Virus record (IMG/VR): IMGVR_UViG_3300048442_000818
Coordinates: 9,831 to 73,830 of that record
Direction: 5' to 3' (one strand)
Length of the DNA stretch: 64,000 nt
DNA from: a virus
Positions 20,101 through 29,032 of the stretch are shown here, piece after piece. Numbering within the stretch: position 1 is the first letter of the stretch; the number at the start of each line of letters is the position of its first letter. Below the pieces are notes generated by a model. The model did not search any database. It had not been told where the DNA came from and saw only the letters and a list, made by a program, of their open reading frames with translations. The translations under genes and the position numbers were made by a program.

Positions 20101-23100
20101 GTTTGACGATTTACTCGACCCAAAATAGTGTTGTATTTTTCTTGCGCATAATAGCGATCAGCATCAGGGTTACGAGAATTCTCTGGCATAAAGCTATCAA
20201 CACTCAGGTTTTTAGTTACATGAGTGTATAGCTCCTGCATTTGAGCCAAAGCGTTAGGATCCAATTTAGCTTCAGTAGCCAGAGTAGCTACGATTGTTTT
20301 GAATGTGGTGGCTTCATTGATATCCATATTGAAGTGAGCACTTACTGCATCATTCAGAGCATCAATGGCTACTTGGCCTGATTCTGAAAGGAGGCGGTTC
20401 TGCTGCACTTCGCGTTCGGTATCGGGATACTCATCTAAGAGATCAACAATCTTGGTTTGAAGAGCATTACGGATATCTCGTAAGCGGGTATTATTCCCAT
20501 AGGTTGCATGGAATAACGTACCTTCCTGGAATACAGAAGATAGATTTGGCTGAGTACGAATAATGATACCGGTGTTGAATTGTAGATTACTCAACACATC
20601 ATCAGCGTGTTTAGGAGCGTGCTTACGACCCCAAACTAATTTCTTGATTTCTTGCCACAGATCTTTAGCAAGTTGAACTAACTTGTTCGTTTTTGTTTTC
20701 TTCAGTCGATTAGTGATCTGTTCGTTAGTAAGACCCCATGCCATAAACTCGTTAAGGGCTTTAGCCTGTGAGGCAGCAGGATCCATATTCAGATCATTCT
20801 GAGCACTCTCAATAGCAGCTCTAGCATTATCAAATGCCATGTACATTTCGTTAGGTAAACCACTTTCCAGATCCATGGAAAGAAAATCATTGAGCATGAT
20901 CTCCATTCGCTCAATAGCCCTTCTTGCTTCTGGATCCACTTTTTCACCACGATAATATGAAAGCAGTGTTTCATAGGTAGAAGCGTGAACCATTTCGTGG
21001 ACCAAGGTTTCAGTGGTTGGGTTGATCAGATAAATCACCCGTTCCGCTACTGAAATCACACCGTGAGCCGTAGCATCTCCCGTGTTAATTGAACTCAAGC
21101 CAGTTTCACGTTGGTATGCAGCAATTTGCTCAGGTGTACCAGCAATGATTTTGTAATCTTTGGTTCCCAGATTACGAATGATTTGAGCATAGATATCTCT
21201 TTGTGGTTGGGTCATGTTGACCAACCGACCGAGATTTTTCAGGGCTGTCCAGCTAATTACACGTACACCTGAAGCTTTATGTTCACGGCCCACTTTCTGA
21301 ATATCTTCAGACATGCCATCAGCTACAGGAGCTTCTTCTGTAGCTTGCTGTTTGCCTGAAATTTTCTCTTGATAACGAGCATTCAATTCATCAGCAATTT
21401 GTTCAGGTGTCATCTGTGCATCAAGAGTTACAGTTCCATTCACATAAGGTGAGGCAGCACCAGCCATATGATCAATAGAATGAAGAACATCACTCATTAC
21501 CTGACGACGAATAGAGACACTATCTTCCGCTTGCTGAAGAAATTTACCTTTCCTATCCAACATATCCAAGATAGCTTGAGAAGTAGCTACTTCTTCTTCT
21601 GGATCCAGATAAGGAAACAAGGCACGGGTAAAATCTCTATGCATCGGTGTATCTTTCACCTGCATATCATTCTTTAACATATCTTCGATTAGATCTTTTG
21701 ATTTCATAAATTGTTTATAGGAATCATTGACTGCCTTAAACGGATTACCATTGATCCAGGAGTCATACACAGCCTTATTGGCTTTTTCACTGTATTCAGT
21801 GATTTTATCCAAAGGCATGTTGATACCATCAAAGATATCAAGGGTATTGTTCATTTCAGTATCCAGAGAAGTTCTCTGGATCATGTTAGCGTCACCCATA
21901 CCAATGGTTAGGAACGGAATACCCGCAACACCAGCATTGGCTGGGGCATAAGCGTAAGCATCCGTTCTCATGGTTCCATCAAGAGCACGACTGAATGCTG
22001 GACCACCTTCAAGCATCTGAGTCTTAGCAATTAGAAATACTTGACCTTGTGTTTGAACCAAAGGAGATACTTTGAATATTTCTTTGTAGATTGCAGTGAA
22101 GTCTTTACGAGAAAGGAAATCACCAGGACGGTAGGTAGGATCATTTTTCTTACGATCCTCTAACCGTTCATTAATCAATCTACGGAACAGATACTCCAAA
22201 ACAATAGACTGTGATTGGGTTGCTTGACGGATTTTATCAACAGACCTCATAAGAGGAGCACCAACTGTATCTTCAATACCAAACCGCAGAGGTCTAACAA
22301 AACCTTCAAGCATGTTTTGTTTGATACTTTGGATCTGTTCTGGTGTAAAAGTGAACTCTACTGGATCCGCAGACTGACGTGTGCGATCTGAAGGTTCTAA
22401 GAAGTATTCACCACTTCTCTGGTTATAGCGTATTTTATTGGCTAACAGGGTATTTAAAGCATCAACAAACTGACGACCCTGTTTTTCAGGATTTGGTTCA
22501 TTAGGGAATAGAGCTTCACCCAAGGTAATTTTAGGATAAGCTTCTCTTGCCTGGGCAAATTGAGACATTTTACTGTAAATGTCTTTCACCATTTGGGATG
22601 TAAGATTACCAGCAATACCTGAGATTGAAGAACCATACACCAAAATGGTAAGTGGGTTCTTGGCAATACCACGGTCAAGCTCAAAGGATCCTGGCTCACC
22701 TAATTCAACATCACCGTTGTACTTAACACCCGGTAATGTGACATTCATCAATGTCATCAATGCCTTAACGTTACCTAGTAGCCCATCAGATTTCTTATTA
22801 CGACCCAGTACATTGATAAGGGTACGTAGATGCTTATCTGAATTGATCGTAGCTGTTTTGTACAAATCAACAGGATCTCTTTGGCTGAGTTCAGCCATAG
22901 TTTGGCGAGTGCCGATAGAGACACCACCTTTAGAAATATTCTGGATCCACTCAGGAGTAAACCGGCCTGGGGTCATTAACATCATAGCGTTGATTGGGCC
23001 ATCGGTTACACCATCCCCCTCAAGATATATTGAGGTACGGAAAGATTCTCTCTCACCTAACGGAGTTTGTGTTAACCGTGCGTATTCCATAAGAGCATTC

Positions 23101-26100
23101 AAAGCTACAGGCGTAACATCAATACCCGCAGAATCAAGATGACCCTTCAGAATATAAGCATCCAGAGGATTTACCTCAGTAGTTATTAATGAGTTGGTAT
23201 CAGTGCCACTTACCCAATCGTTGATCAGATCCAGAGCAGGGACCAAAGGACCAGTAAGTAAGTTTTGTACTTGCTCAACTGTATCTTCTAAAAGTTGATT
23301 ATGAACTTTAATATCTAATGCTTGACCAATAGAAAGTAAGAAATGATTGTAAATAGTACTGTTTTCATTAGACAAATCAACAGTACTCCACGTAGGTAGA
23401 ATAGCCTCACGAACTGCTTTATCTGATTGAGGGTTGTAAGCACCCAGCATCTGCATACGCCCAACACGGGAAATATTATAAGCGTACCGAATTGGCATCT
23501 CAGAAACCGATACACCTTCTGTTTCAGCACGGTTAACCATACGATCAACCGTATTAAATAGGTGATTGTATGCAGAAGTAATAGTGCGATTTTTACCTTC
23601 AATAGATTTAGCATGGTTTATATTAAGGGTTTGATTATCACCCGCTGATTCACCAAGCAGAGTTAACATACCCTCTCTACCGAAAGCAGAGTATAGATTT
23701 ACCATTGGAATATTCAGATAAAAAGGTACTTTTTGTTTGTTCTCAATCGCTTCTTTTTGTTTTATAGTGTTAGCTACTTCTGGGTTATTCATCTGACGCT
23801 GGGCAACAGGAATTTCCTGATCACCAATGTAGAACACTTCTTCTGGACTAATTAGAACAGCATCATCAATAGCAGTTGGGTAAGCATGAATTGGATTACC
23901 TTCCATTGGTGATACAAGATACCGATTAGGTGTTTTATCTGAATCCAGACCAAAGGATTTCAGGTCAACGGTAGTGACACCCATCATACCCGTATCAATA
24001 AAAGCCCTGATCATTTCAGCAGCTACTGCTTCAGGAATACCCTCAGAATAAGCAATGTCCGCATCAGCAGTAGCCGTTACACCCCAGTATTCTTTGATCT
24101 TGTTAGCAAGAGATCGCTTCACCTGCTCAAGACTCATACCCTCATTGAGAAGGCGTATGACCTCATAAGGTACGATTTCAGCGTCCACACCAGTGATAGC
24201 AGAGATGTCTGAATCATCCATTGGAGTGTGGTACTGGTTAGATGTCAGTAACCACTGAATAGCTGCTAAAGCAGCAGTCTCTAACAATTCTGGGTTGTAT
24301 TGGTAACCTTCTGGTGTTTCATCAACAATATTAAGTGCTTTACCTCTAGCCCATCTTTGAATATCAGCATCAGTTTCTAATACATCACGGATCGTTCTTT
24401 TATCTTTATTTGAAGACCATGAATAACGACTATTTAAGAAACGATCTAAATTAGCAGACATAGCTGACATAAGACCACCGACAGATTGAACACTTTTAAT
24501 CTGTGCAGCAGTAAGATCATTAGTTTCACTCTTTATCAGGTATTCACTTGCTTTTGGATCATTGCGTAACAAAGTTTGATATTCAGATGCGATCTCAGGA
24601 GTTAAAGTGTATTTAGGGGTATTACCCATAAATTCAATCAAACTCCCGGATGAAGATAAAGCATCTTGAACCAAGAGGATGGGGGATCCTTCTTGACCGA
24701 TTAATCGAGTAGGTGCTTCTTCTGTGTTCGGTAATCTGAACACTTTTTTGAAGAAGTTTTCACCGCGAGTAAGTAGATTTGGGTATAGGGAATCCAAACC
24801 TGTAGTGGGGGTATCTACCGGTTCAGCCTCAGCAGAAACAGGTTCTGGGGTGGATTCCTCTATAGTGGTATCCACTTCTTCCTGGGGCTGTGTTTGAACA
24901 GGCTCTGGATCAGGTTGAGTTTCAGTAACTGGCTCAGGTTCTGGCTGTGCTTCTTGTTCTTGCACCTCTGGTTCAGGTTCAGCCGGTTTATTGATCTCAG
25001 CAAACGCCTCCGCAGGGGTAAGCTTACGGATATCAGCATCTGTTAAGCCACGCTCTCTTAATTGAGCACGCATAGCTTGCGTGATCATTACGGGTACGCT
25101 GGCTGTAGTGGTTTTTTGTGTTGGCGTATCTTTTGTGATTTGCTGTACCTGATCGGGGTTAAATACTACAACCTCCTCGTAACGGAACTCAGGGTCTGCA
25201 TAAAGTAAGCCGTCATACCCTTCCGTTATTAAGGCATCACGTTGTTCTGGTGTGATGCCTGTAATCACTATGGGATCATTATCTTTAACCAAATAAGGAT
25301 TTTGAATGTTTACCCGGAAAGTGAGTGTTACTCCCCCTTCTTGCATTCCTTGGGAATATGCAATGTTTTTTGTAGTGTAAAACCCAACGAGAGTACCCGT
25401 GTTGTTTCCTATAAAATGCACAGTAGAAGGTCGTTCACGTTCAGCAATCACTTTAAAATTTTCTGCTTCTACTGCCCTTGTTGTGTGGTAAGTCAACCCT
25501 TTTACTACGCTATCCGGAAAAATGTGATCGTATGCAGAAGTATCAGAAATAATCTCTGATTTTGGTTCAGCTTTTTTTAATTCAGAATTAGAGGTTGACT
25601 TATTTTGTTGATTTTTCGTAAATATTTCACGTAATCTTTCAGCATTAGCAACAGCAGTAGATTTACGACGTTCAAGATCAGATTTTATCTGCTCATACCT
25701 ACTATCATTTTTATCTACACCGGGATTTATATTGAGATTACGTGCATATCTTTCTGCCCTAAGTACTATATATTCTGCAAGATCAAAACGATCATTATTA
25801 ATTGCTGTATTTAGTTGTGCAAAAGTTTCTGGGTTTGAGGGATCAATTACTGGAGCAACTACCGCATCATATAGAGTTTTTTCTATTTCTGGGCTGTTTT
25901 GTCCTGGCGCACGATCACCCCTTATATATATTTGTTCATTCTTTTCAAAATCTAATTGTGCTTCGAGAGTCTCAATACGTAGTTCTGACCCTGACTCAAG
26001 AGTAGATTCTGCCTGTTCTTGCTGTTGTTCTGGCTCTGCTGTTACTTCAGCTTGTCTTTGTCCAGGTACAACACGCTCACCGGAACGGAAAGCATCAACA

Positions 26101-28919
26101 ACTTCTTGTGGTGTGCCTTCTAATGCTGGATCTAAAAATAGGGGTTCAAATTTCTCATTACCAAGCTCTGGGAATGCATCAACTAAACCATTGTAAATAT
26201 TCACAAGAGTTTCTTGCTCAGCTTGTACTGACTTAACCAGTTCTACTGATTTAGCTGATTTCCAGTTAACATACATGCCTTTGCTATCTGCTTTAGGGTT
26301 ATTAGATGACAATAACCACTCACGGGTAACAGGTACCAATGACATATACGGAACAGCTTCAGCATTAGGATTGCCGTTATCAAAGTGTTCATTAGCTGCT
26401 CTAACTTTGTTTTGCATGTGTTGTACAAACAAACCAAAGTCTTCCAGACGAGCACTAGCAATATCAGGACGATTACCACGAACAGCCTCAACAATACCTT
26501 TGGTATGCTGTAAAGCTGATCTGGCATTCTCCCTTCTTGGATCATTACTTGCTACGATCTGACTAGAAACTACGTCTTTAGCGGTTTGCAGACCACTATC
26601 AGCAATTTTCTTCTCAAGCTTTTGACGCTCACGAAGTAAGTCATAACTAACCTGTAATGCTTGACGTTGTGAGTTAGTTAACTCTAAACGACCCTCTTCA
26701 GCGTGCTTAAGAATACCTTCAATCACTTCAGGGTTGCCCTGGTCAGGCATTAGTTCAGCCATGGCAACGGCTGTACGGACACGGCGTTGACCTTCTTCCG
26801 TGTTGACGTTTCTTTCCGTAACAGGCTTCAGTGATTTAGTTACAGCACCACTTTTAGCGGATGCATCTAAAGCACGCATAGCTCTCATTACAGAAGCATT
26901 CTTTTCCAGATCCCAGATTAACCGGTCATATCGAAGCAATGTATCTCTGGCTTCGTGATCCTCAGGGATTTTTTCCATGATAGCCGGTTCAGCTTCTTTC
27001 AGGTCCAGAAGTGGCTGCATTAGCTCCTGTAGCACTGCTGCGGCTTGGATCTGTTCTGGGCCTTCGGGTAGGCGGGCTACTTCACGAGCTACTTCCTGAA
27101 TTGCTTCAACACGGTTTGTGGCCGTGGCTGTCACTTCACGAAGATTTTCTGGCACAGATTCAGGGTCAAACTGCATAGACTGAACCAAGGAAGAAACGTA
27201 AGCATTGCCTTCTGCACGCTCTTCTGGAGTGGCTTCTACGGTGTTGATCGTATCAGACAGGTCTTGTGCTGTTTCAGCCGTCTGTTGTGCTGTAGCGGCT
27301 GCCTGCTCTCTCATGGCTTCATCACCAACAGGTGATTGCTGCTGTACCTGCTGACGAATTTTGTCACCTCTTTCAACGATAGCGTTGAAAGCAGGCTTAC
27401 CTGCTTCAATAGCAGAAGAGATAGCCTTACGAGTTATTTTGTAAGTAGGTTCAGCAACAGTTCTAGTTGCTTGGGCAGCAGCACCAGGAGATCTAATAGC
27501 ACCGGCGGAAGTTACACCGTAAGCAGCACCTTCACCGACTTGACGGCCCACATCAGCAGATAATGACTGCTCAGGGTCAACATATTCCTGACTAGCTAAA
27601 TTCTCGGCCACACCGCTGACAGCGCCCTGTAATGCTTCTTCTCCAGGTTCTCTAAGTAGAACATCACCTGCTAACTGTCGAGCGCCAACAGCACGGAAAG
27701 GTGCTTCACCGATTCGTGAGATTGTACCTAAGCCTGCTGCAATAGGAGCTGTTCGGGTAGCAGCATAAAGACCAGCTTCATTAGCCAAATGTGTTTTGGC
27801 TTGTTCCTGGGCTGTTGCTTCATCCATACCCTGGTCAAGAAAGTTTTGCTTCAGTTCACGATAAGGTTGTGATGTCTGTTCCAGTTGTTCTACCGGAGTA
27901 GACATAATCTCGGTATTGACCTGTTGGTAGACACCACCACCTTCCATAGCACCAATAGCAGCAGGCCAAGCAGAAGCACTGGCTAAATCACGAGTACGAT
28001 CTGCTACCCTGGCAGCCGACATAGTGTCAGTTGCCCTGTCCAATTCAGCAGCTAAACGGGTAGAAACACTTCCTGCCACACCACCTGTGACAGCCCGACC
28101 AATGGCTTTAAGACCTTTGGTAATGACACCACCACCAACAATGGAACCAACACCCTCAGATGTACCTGAAAGCAACATGGTTGGGTCCGACACAGCATTG
28201 GCAATGGCATCAACAGCATCACTACCGACACGTTTAAGACCAGATACTAGTTCACCATCACCGGCTGCTAAATTAGCTTGATACTCAGCTTCATTATCTC
28301 TTTCAGCTAAATTTTGACGAGCTTCGTAATTACGACGAGCAGCACTTAACTGTTCTGATTGAGTGCCTTGTACCCATTCATTAGCGCTATTCATACCGTC
28401 AGTAATAGAAGCACCTAATTCAGCATCCAGTAAACCACCGCCCACTGCGGCAATACCACCAATGCTATTGCCCACACCAGCGGCTATCCCAGAAGCAGTG
28501 TCCCACAGTGCTTCACCAGTTGTACGGTCATAACCGGCTCTATCACGGCTTACCTCGGAAGAAGCAGCAGAAAACTGTCTAATCAATTCTGGTGCATCAG
28601 CCCCGTACTTCAAATATAACGAGGGGGTATCTAGGGTTCTGAGATCTTCCTCTAATTCACCCATGCTGGCAGCACCCATTTGGTTACCACGGCCAGCAGC
28701 AGCTTGATACATATCGGGGTTTATTTGGGGTAGTACACTACTGATTTGATCTTGCTTTTGGGCTGAAGCCTGGGTAATAGAATTCTTCTTTTCTCCTAGA
28801 GCACGTTGGAAAGCATTGTTCATAATCCCCCGTTCATCCACAGATAGTGGAGTTGCTCCTTGAGTTGGGGTAGTAGAAGACGTAACTGCTTGATCCAAGA
28901 GGGTCTGAAAATCTGCCAT
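17169..28919 (-). CDS. Virion-encapsidated RNA polymerase (N4 gp50-like), 3916 aa, with inserted ART-like domain
   Basis: SRVGR, motif A EGDGVTDGP, motif B RGIAKNPLT--YG, motif C IFDG; no Cys seen after ATG 28919. Confidence 0.95.
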   Translation of the reverse strand: MADFQTLLDQAVTSSTTPTQGATPLSVDERGIMNNAFQRALGEKKNSITQASAQKQDQISSVLPQINPDMYQAAAGRGNQMGAASMGELEEDLRTLDTPSLYLKYGADAPELIRQFSAASSEVSRDRAGYDRTTGEALWDTASGIAAGVGNSIGGIAAVGGGLLDAELGASITDGMNSANEWVQGTQSEQLSAARRNYEARQNLAERDNEAEYQANLAAGDGELVSGLKRVGSDAVDAIANAVSDPTMLLSGTSEGVGSIVGGGVITKGLKAIGRAVTGGVAGSVSTRLAAELDRATDTMSAARVADRTRDLASASAWPAAIGAMEGGGVYQQVNTEIMSTPVEQLEQTSQPYRELKQNFLDQGMDEATAQEQAKTHLANEAGLYAATRTAPIAAGLGTISRIGEAPFRAVGARQLAGDVLLREPGEEALQGAVSGVAENLASQEYVDPEQSLSADVGRQVGEGAAYGVTSAGAIRSPGAAAQATRTVAEPTYKITRKAISSAIEAGKPAFNAIVERGDKIRQQVQQQSPVGDEAMREQAAATAQQTAETAQDLSDTINTVEATPEERAEGNAYVSSLVQSMQFDPESVPENLREVTATATNRVEAIQEVAREVARLPEGPEQIQAAAVLQELMQPLLDLKEAEPAIMEKIPEDHEARDTLLRYDRLIWDLEKNASVMRAMRALDASAKSGAVTKSLKPVTERNVNTEEGQRRVRTAVAMAELMPDQGNPEVIEGILKHAEEGRLELTNSQRQALQVSYDLLRERQKLEKKIADSGLQTAKDVVSSQIVASNDPRRENARSALQHTKGIVEAVRGNRPDIASARLEDFGLFVQHMQNKVRAANEHFDNGNPNAEAVPYMSLVPVTREWLLSSNNPKADSKGMYVNWKSAKSVELVKSVQAEQETLVNIYNGLVDAFPELGNEKFEPLFLDPALEGTPQEVVDAFRSGERVVPGQRQAEVTAEPEQQQEQAESTLESGSELRIETLEAQLDFEKNEQIYIRGDRAPGQNSPEIEKTLYDAVVAPVIDPSNPETFAQLNTAINNDRFDLAEYIVLRAERYARNLNINPGVDKNDSRYEQIKSDLERRKSTAVANAERLREIFTKNQQNKSTSNSELKKAEPKSEIISDTSAYDHIFPDSVVKGLTYHTTRAVEAENFKVIAERERPSTVHFIGNNTGTLVGFYTTKNIAYSQGMQEGGVTLTFRVNIQNPYLVKDNDPIVITGITPEQRDALITEGYDGLLYADPEFRYEEVVVFNPDQVQQITKDTPTQKTTTASVPVMITQAMRAQLRERGLTDADIRKLTPAEAFAEINKPAEPEPEVQEQEAQPEPEPVTETQPDPEPVQTQPQEEVDTTIEESTPEPVSAEAEPVDTPTTGLDSLYPNLLTRGENFFKKVFRLPNTEEAPTRLIGQEGSPILLVQDALSSSGSLIEFMGNTPKYTLTPEIASEYQTLLRNDPKASEYLIKSETNDLTAAQIKSVQSVGGLMSAMSANLDRFLNSRYSWSSNKDKRTIRDVLETDADIQRWARGKALNIVDETPEGYQYNPELLETAALAAIQWLLTSNQYHTPMDDSDISAITGVDAEIVPYEVIRLLNEGMSLEQVKRSLANKIKEYWGVTATADADIAYSEGIPEAVAAEMIRAFIDTGMMGVTTVDLKSFGLDSDKTPNRYLVSPMEGNPIHAYPTAIDDAVLISPEEVFYIGDQEIPVAQRQMNNPEVANTIKQKEAIENKQKVPFYLNIPMVNLYSAFGREGMLTLLGESAGDNQTLNINHAKSIEGKNRTITSAYNHLFNTVDRMVNRAETEGVSVSEMPIRYAYNISRVGRMQMLGAYNPQSDKAVREAILPTWSTVDLSNENSTIYNHFLLSIGQALDIKVHNQLLEDTVEQVQNLLTGPLVPALDLINDWVSGTDTNSLITTEVNPLDAYILKGHLDSAGIDVTPVALNALMEYARLTQTPLGERESFRTSIYLEGDGVTDGPINAMMLMTPGRFTPEWIQNISKGGVSIGTRQTMAELSQRDPVDLYKTATINSDKHLRTLINVLGRNKKSDGLLGNVKALMTLMNVTLPGVKYNGDVELGEPGSFELDRGIAKNPLTILVYGSSISGIAGNLTSQMVKDIYSKMSQFAQAREAYPKITLGEALFPNEPNPEKQGRQFVDALNTLLANKIRYNQRSGEYFLEPSDRTRQSADPVEFTFTPEQIQSIKQNMLEGFVRPLRFGIEDTVGAPLMRSVDKIRQATQSQSIVLEYLFRRLINERLEDRKKNDPTYRPGDFLSRKDFTAIYKEIFKVSPLVQTQGQVFLIAKTQMLEGGPAFSRALDGTMRTDAYAYAPANAGVAGIPFLTIGMGDANMIQRTSLDTEMNNTLDIFDGINMPLDKITEYSEKANKAVYDSWINGNPFKAVNDSYKQFMKSKDLIEDMLKNDMQVKDTPMHRDFTRALFPYLDPEEEVATSQAILDMLDRKGKFLQQAEDSVSIRRQVMSDVLHSIDHMAGAASPYVNGTVTLDAQMTPEQIADELNARYQEKISGKQQATEEAPVADGMSEDIQKVGREHKASGVRVISWTALKNLGRLVNMTQPQRDIYAQIIRNLGTKDYKIIAGTPEQIAAYQRETGLSSINTGDATAHGVISVAERVIYLINPTTETLVHEMVHASTYETLLSYYRGEKVDPEARRAIERMEIMLNDFLSMDLESGLPNEMYMAFDNARAAIESAQNDLNMDPAASQAKALNEFMAWGLTNEQITNRLKKTKTNKLVQLAKDLWQEIKKLVWGRKHAPKHADDVLSNLQFNTGIIIRTQPNLSSVFQEGTLFHATYGNNTRLRDIRNALQTKIVDLLDEYPDTEREVQQNRLLSESGQVAIDALNDAVSAHFNMDINEATTFKTIVATLATEAKLDPNALAQMQELYTHVTKNLSVDSFMPENSRNPDADRYYAQEKYNTILGRVNRQTDAYGRTTLLPVFIALSTVNQEFRDILANMQVPKSVKSDQKTMDAALDNLLVTASDSLSNRMSGQRDAANVKAAMDNLMNQITKAALDEQTTIREVTDKIGNKYDAVNDWMVNGMQTLADTGYKLGTKGQESQSLPTKLAGNFLKLASSIASEERADMVSQELMGLMNRGRIWKPFYDLVNNLVDRTEGNAQVYDMIKTVRAAVQQLRQNFRDEIPRVLHNKFSRKLSQEEWSSMYRSMGKTDLAALMETMPAQDIVDLFQSQTSLDALINDLEGLIQQSDTAHWPIYQRKMKQLATFMNTGKTGVSLLRNAYAISNLFGESRQAGWKAPDSSIQRSIDQLITLYAVDGLSTQDKQAMASLVQDESNGLNFVLGYLQGQRRTELRKANKGKALVNHYKGHIPAEQSPGASLRIEENAQESNMRIRGYVNMGPYNGSNVDNRRSSKSYYFTPISGRTAYAQGFIQNINRTASGVDPHTGLTSDLVAGRIFGRADVTRITRRLSQEQGDVENLMPVFDERGQIFAYEQSVDPAQKARLEPESQDLSRMLGVWRGRQVEEKMSQIFNETSIDRLHDMYTADMKISRDKINEYVNLFGSNLSPVQRDAVNLFSDDTRDYIHRKFGDEFWVRKDMLEDAVGYRNPSVGDFWTNSNNRDPLTNEAWRNFFVGLMGPDAYKTLVKGEQFTQNIMSDIRTNIIVRSVVVPVYNFISTTYQLVSRGVPVRDIKRGYPAKLVEINAYVKNRLRQIDLEAELRAVGQDFVRERKLRAEIRSITDSNQRLSIWPLIQAGEFSTIADIGMSSEDLELTTGNLYSYFSKQIDKLPPKLRTAARYGLIMKDTPLFQALQKSVQYSDFVAKAVLYDDLTQRKKMSSADALGRVTTEFANYDRLPGRWRGYMENMGLLWFYNYKIRIAKIALSTLRNNPLHFLVASTLPAPSSVGLPVNDNIFTQAMDGSLGYSIGPEMGWNSWELNPWYSLMD

Positions 28920-28973
28920 GAGAACGGTACCCAATGTGAATATATGTTTGGAAGTAACTCTACCATAGATTTG

Positions 28974-29004
28974 AAAAAAAGAAGCCCCACCAATGCAGGG
29001 CTTC
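28974..29004 (-). terminator. Terminator upstream of vRNAP gene
   Basis: GAAGCCC...GGGCTTC followed by T7 on minus strand. Confidence 0.7.
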
Positions 29005-29032
29005 AAGTATTACAAGGTAGAGTTTACATGCC

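Noticed and set aside
23001-23021. Inactivating change in vRNAP motif A (DGVTDG versus recalled N4 DGVTNG)
   Set aside because: Catalytic Asp residues of motifs A and C are intact; cannot judge significance without an alignment
17169-28919. Antisense ORFs inside vRNAP (e.g. 22579-23142, 25732-26196)
   Set aside because: No SD or motifs; expected shadow ORFs of a long coding strand
28920-29006. 29-aa N-terminal extension of vRNAP in the ORF track
   Set aside because: Overlaps a terminator and contains the only Cys; ATG 28919 is the more plausible start
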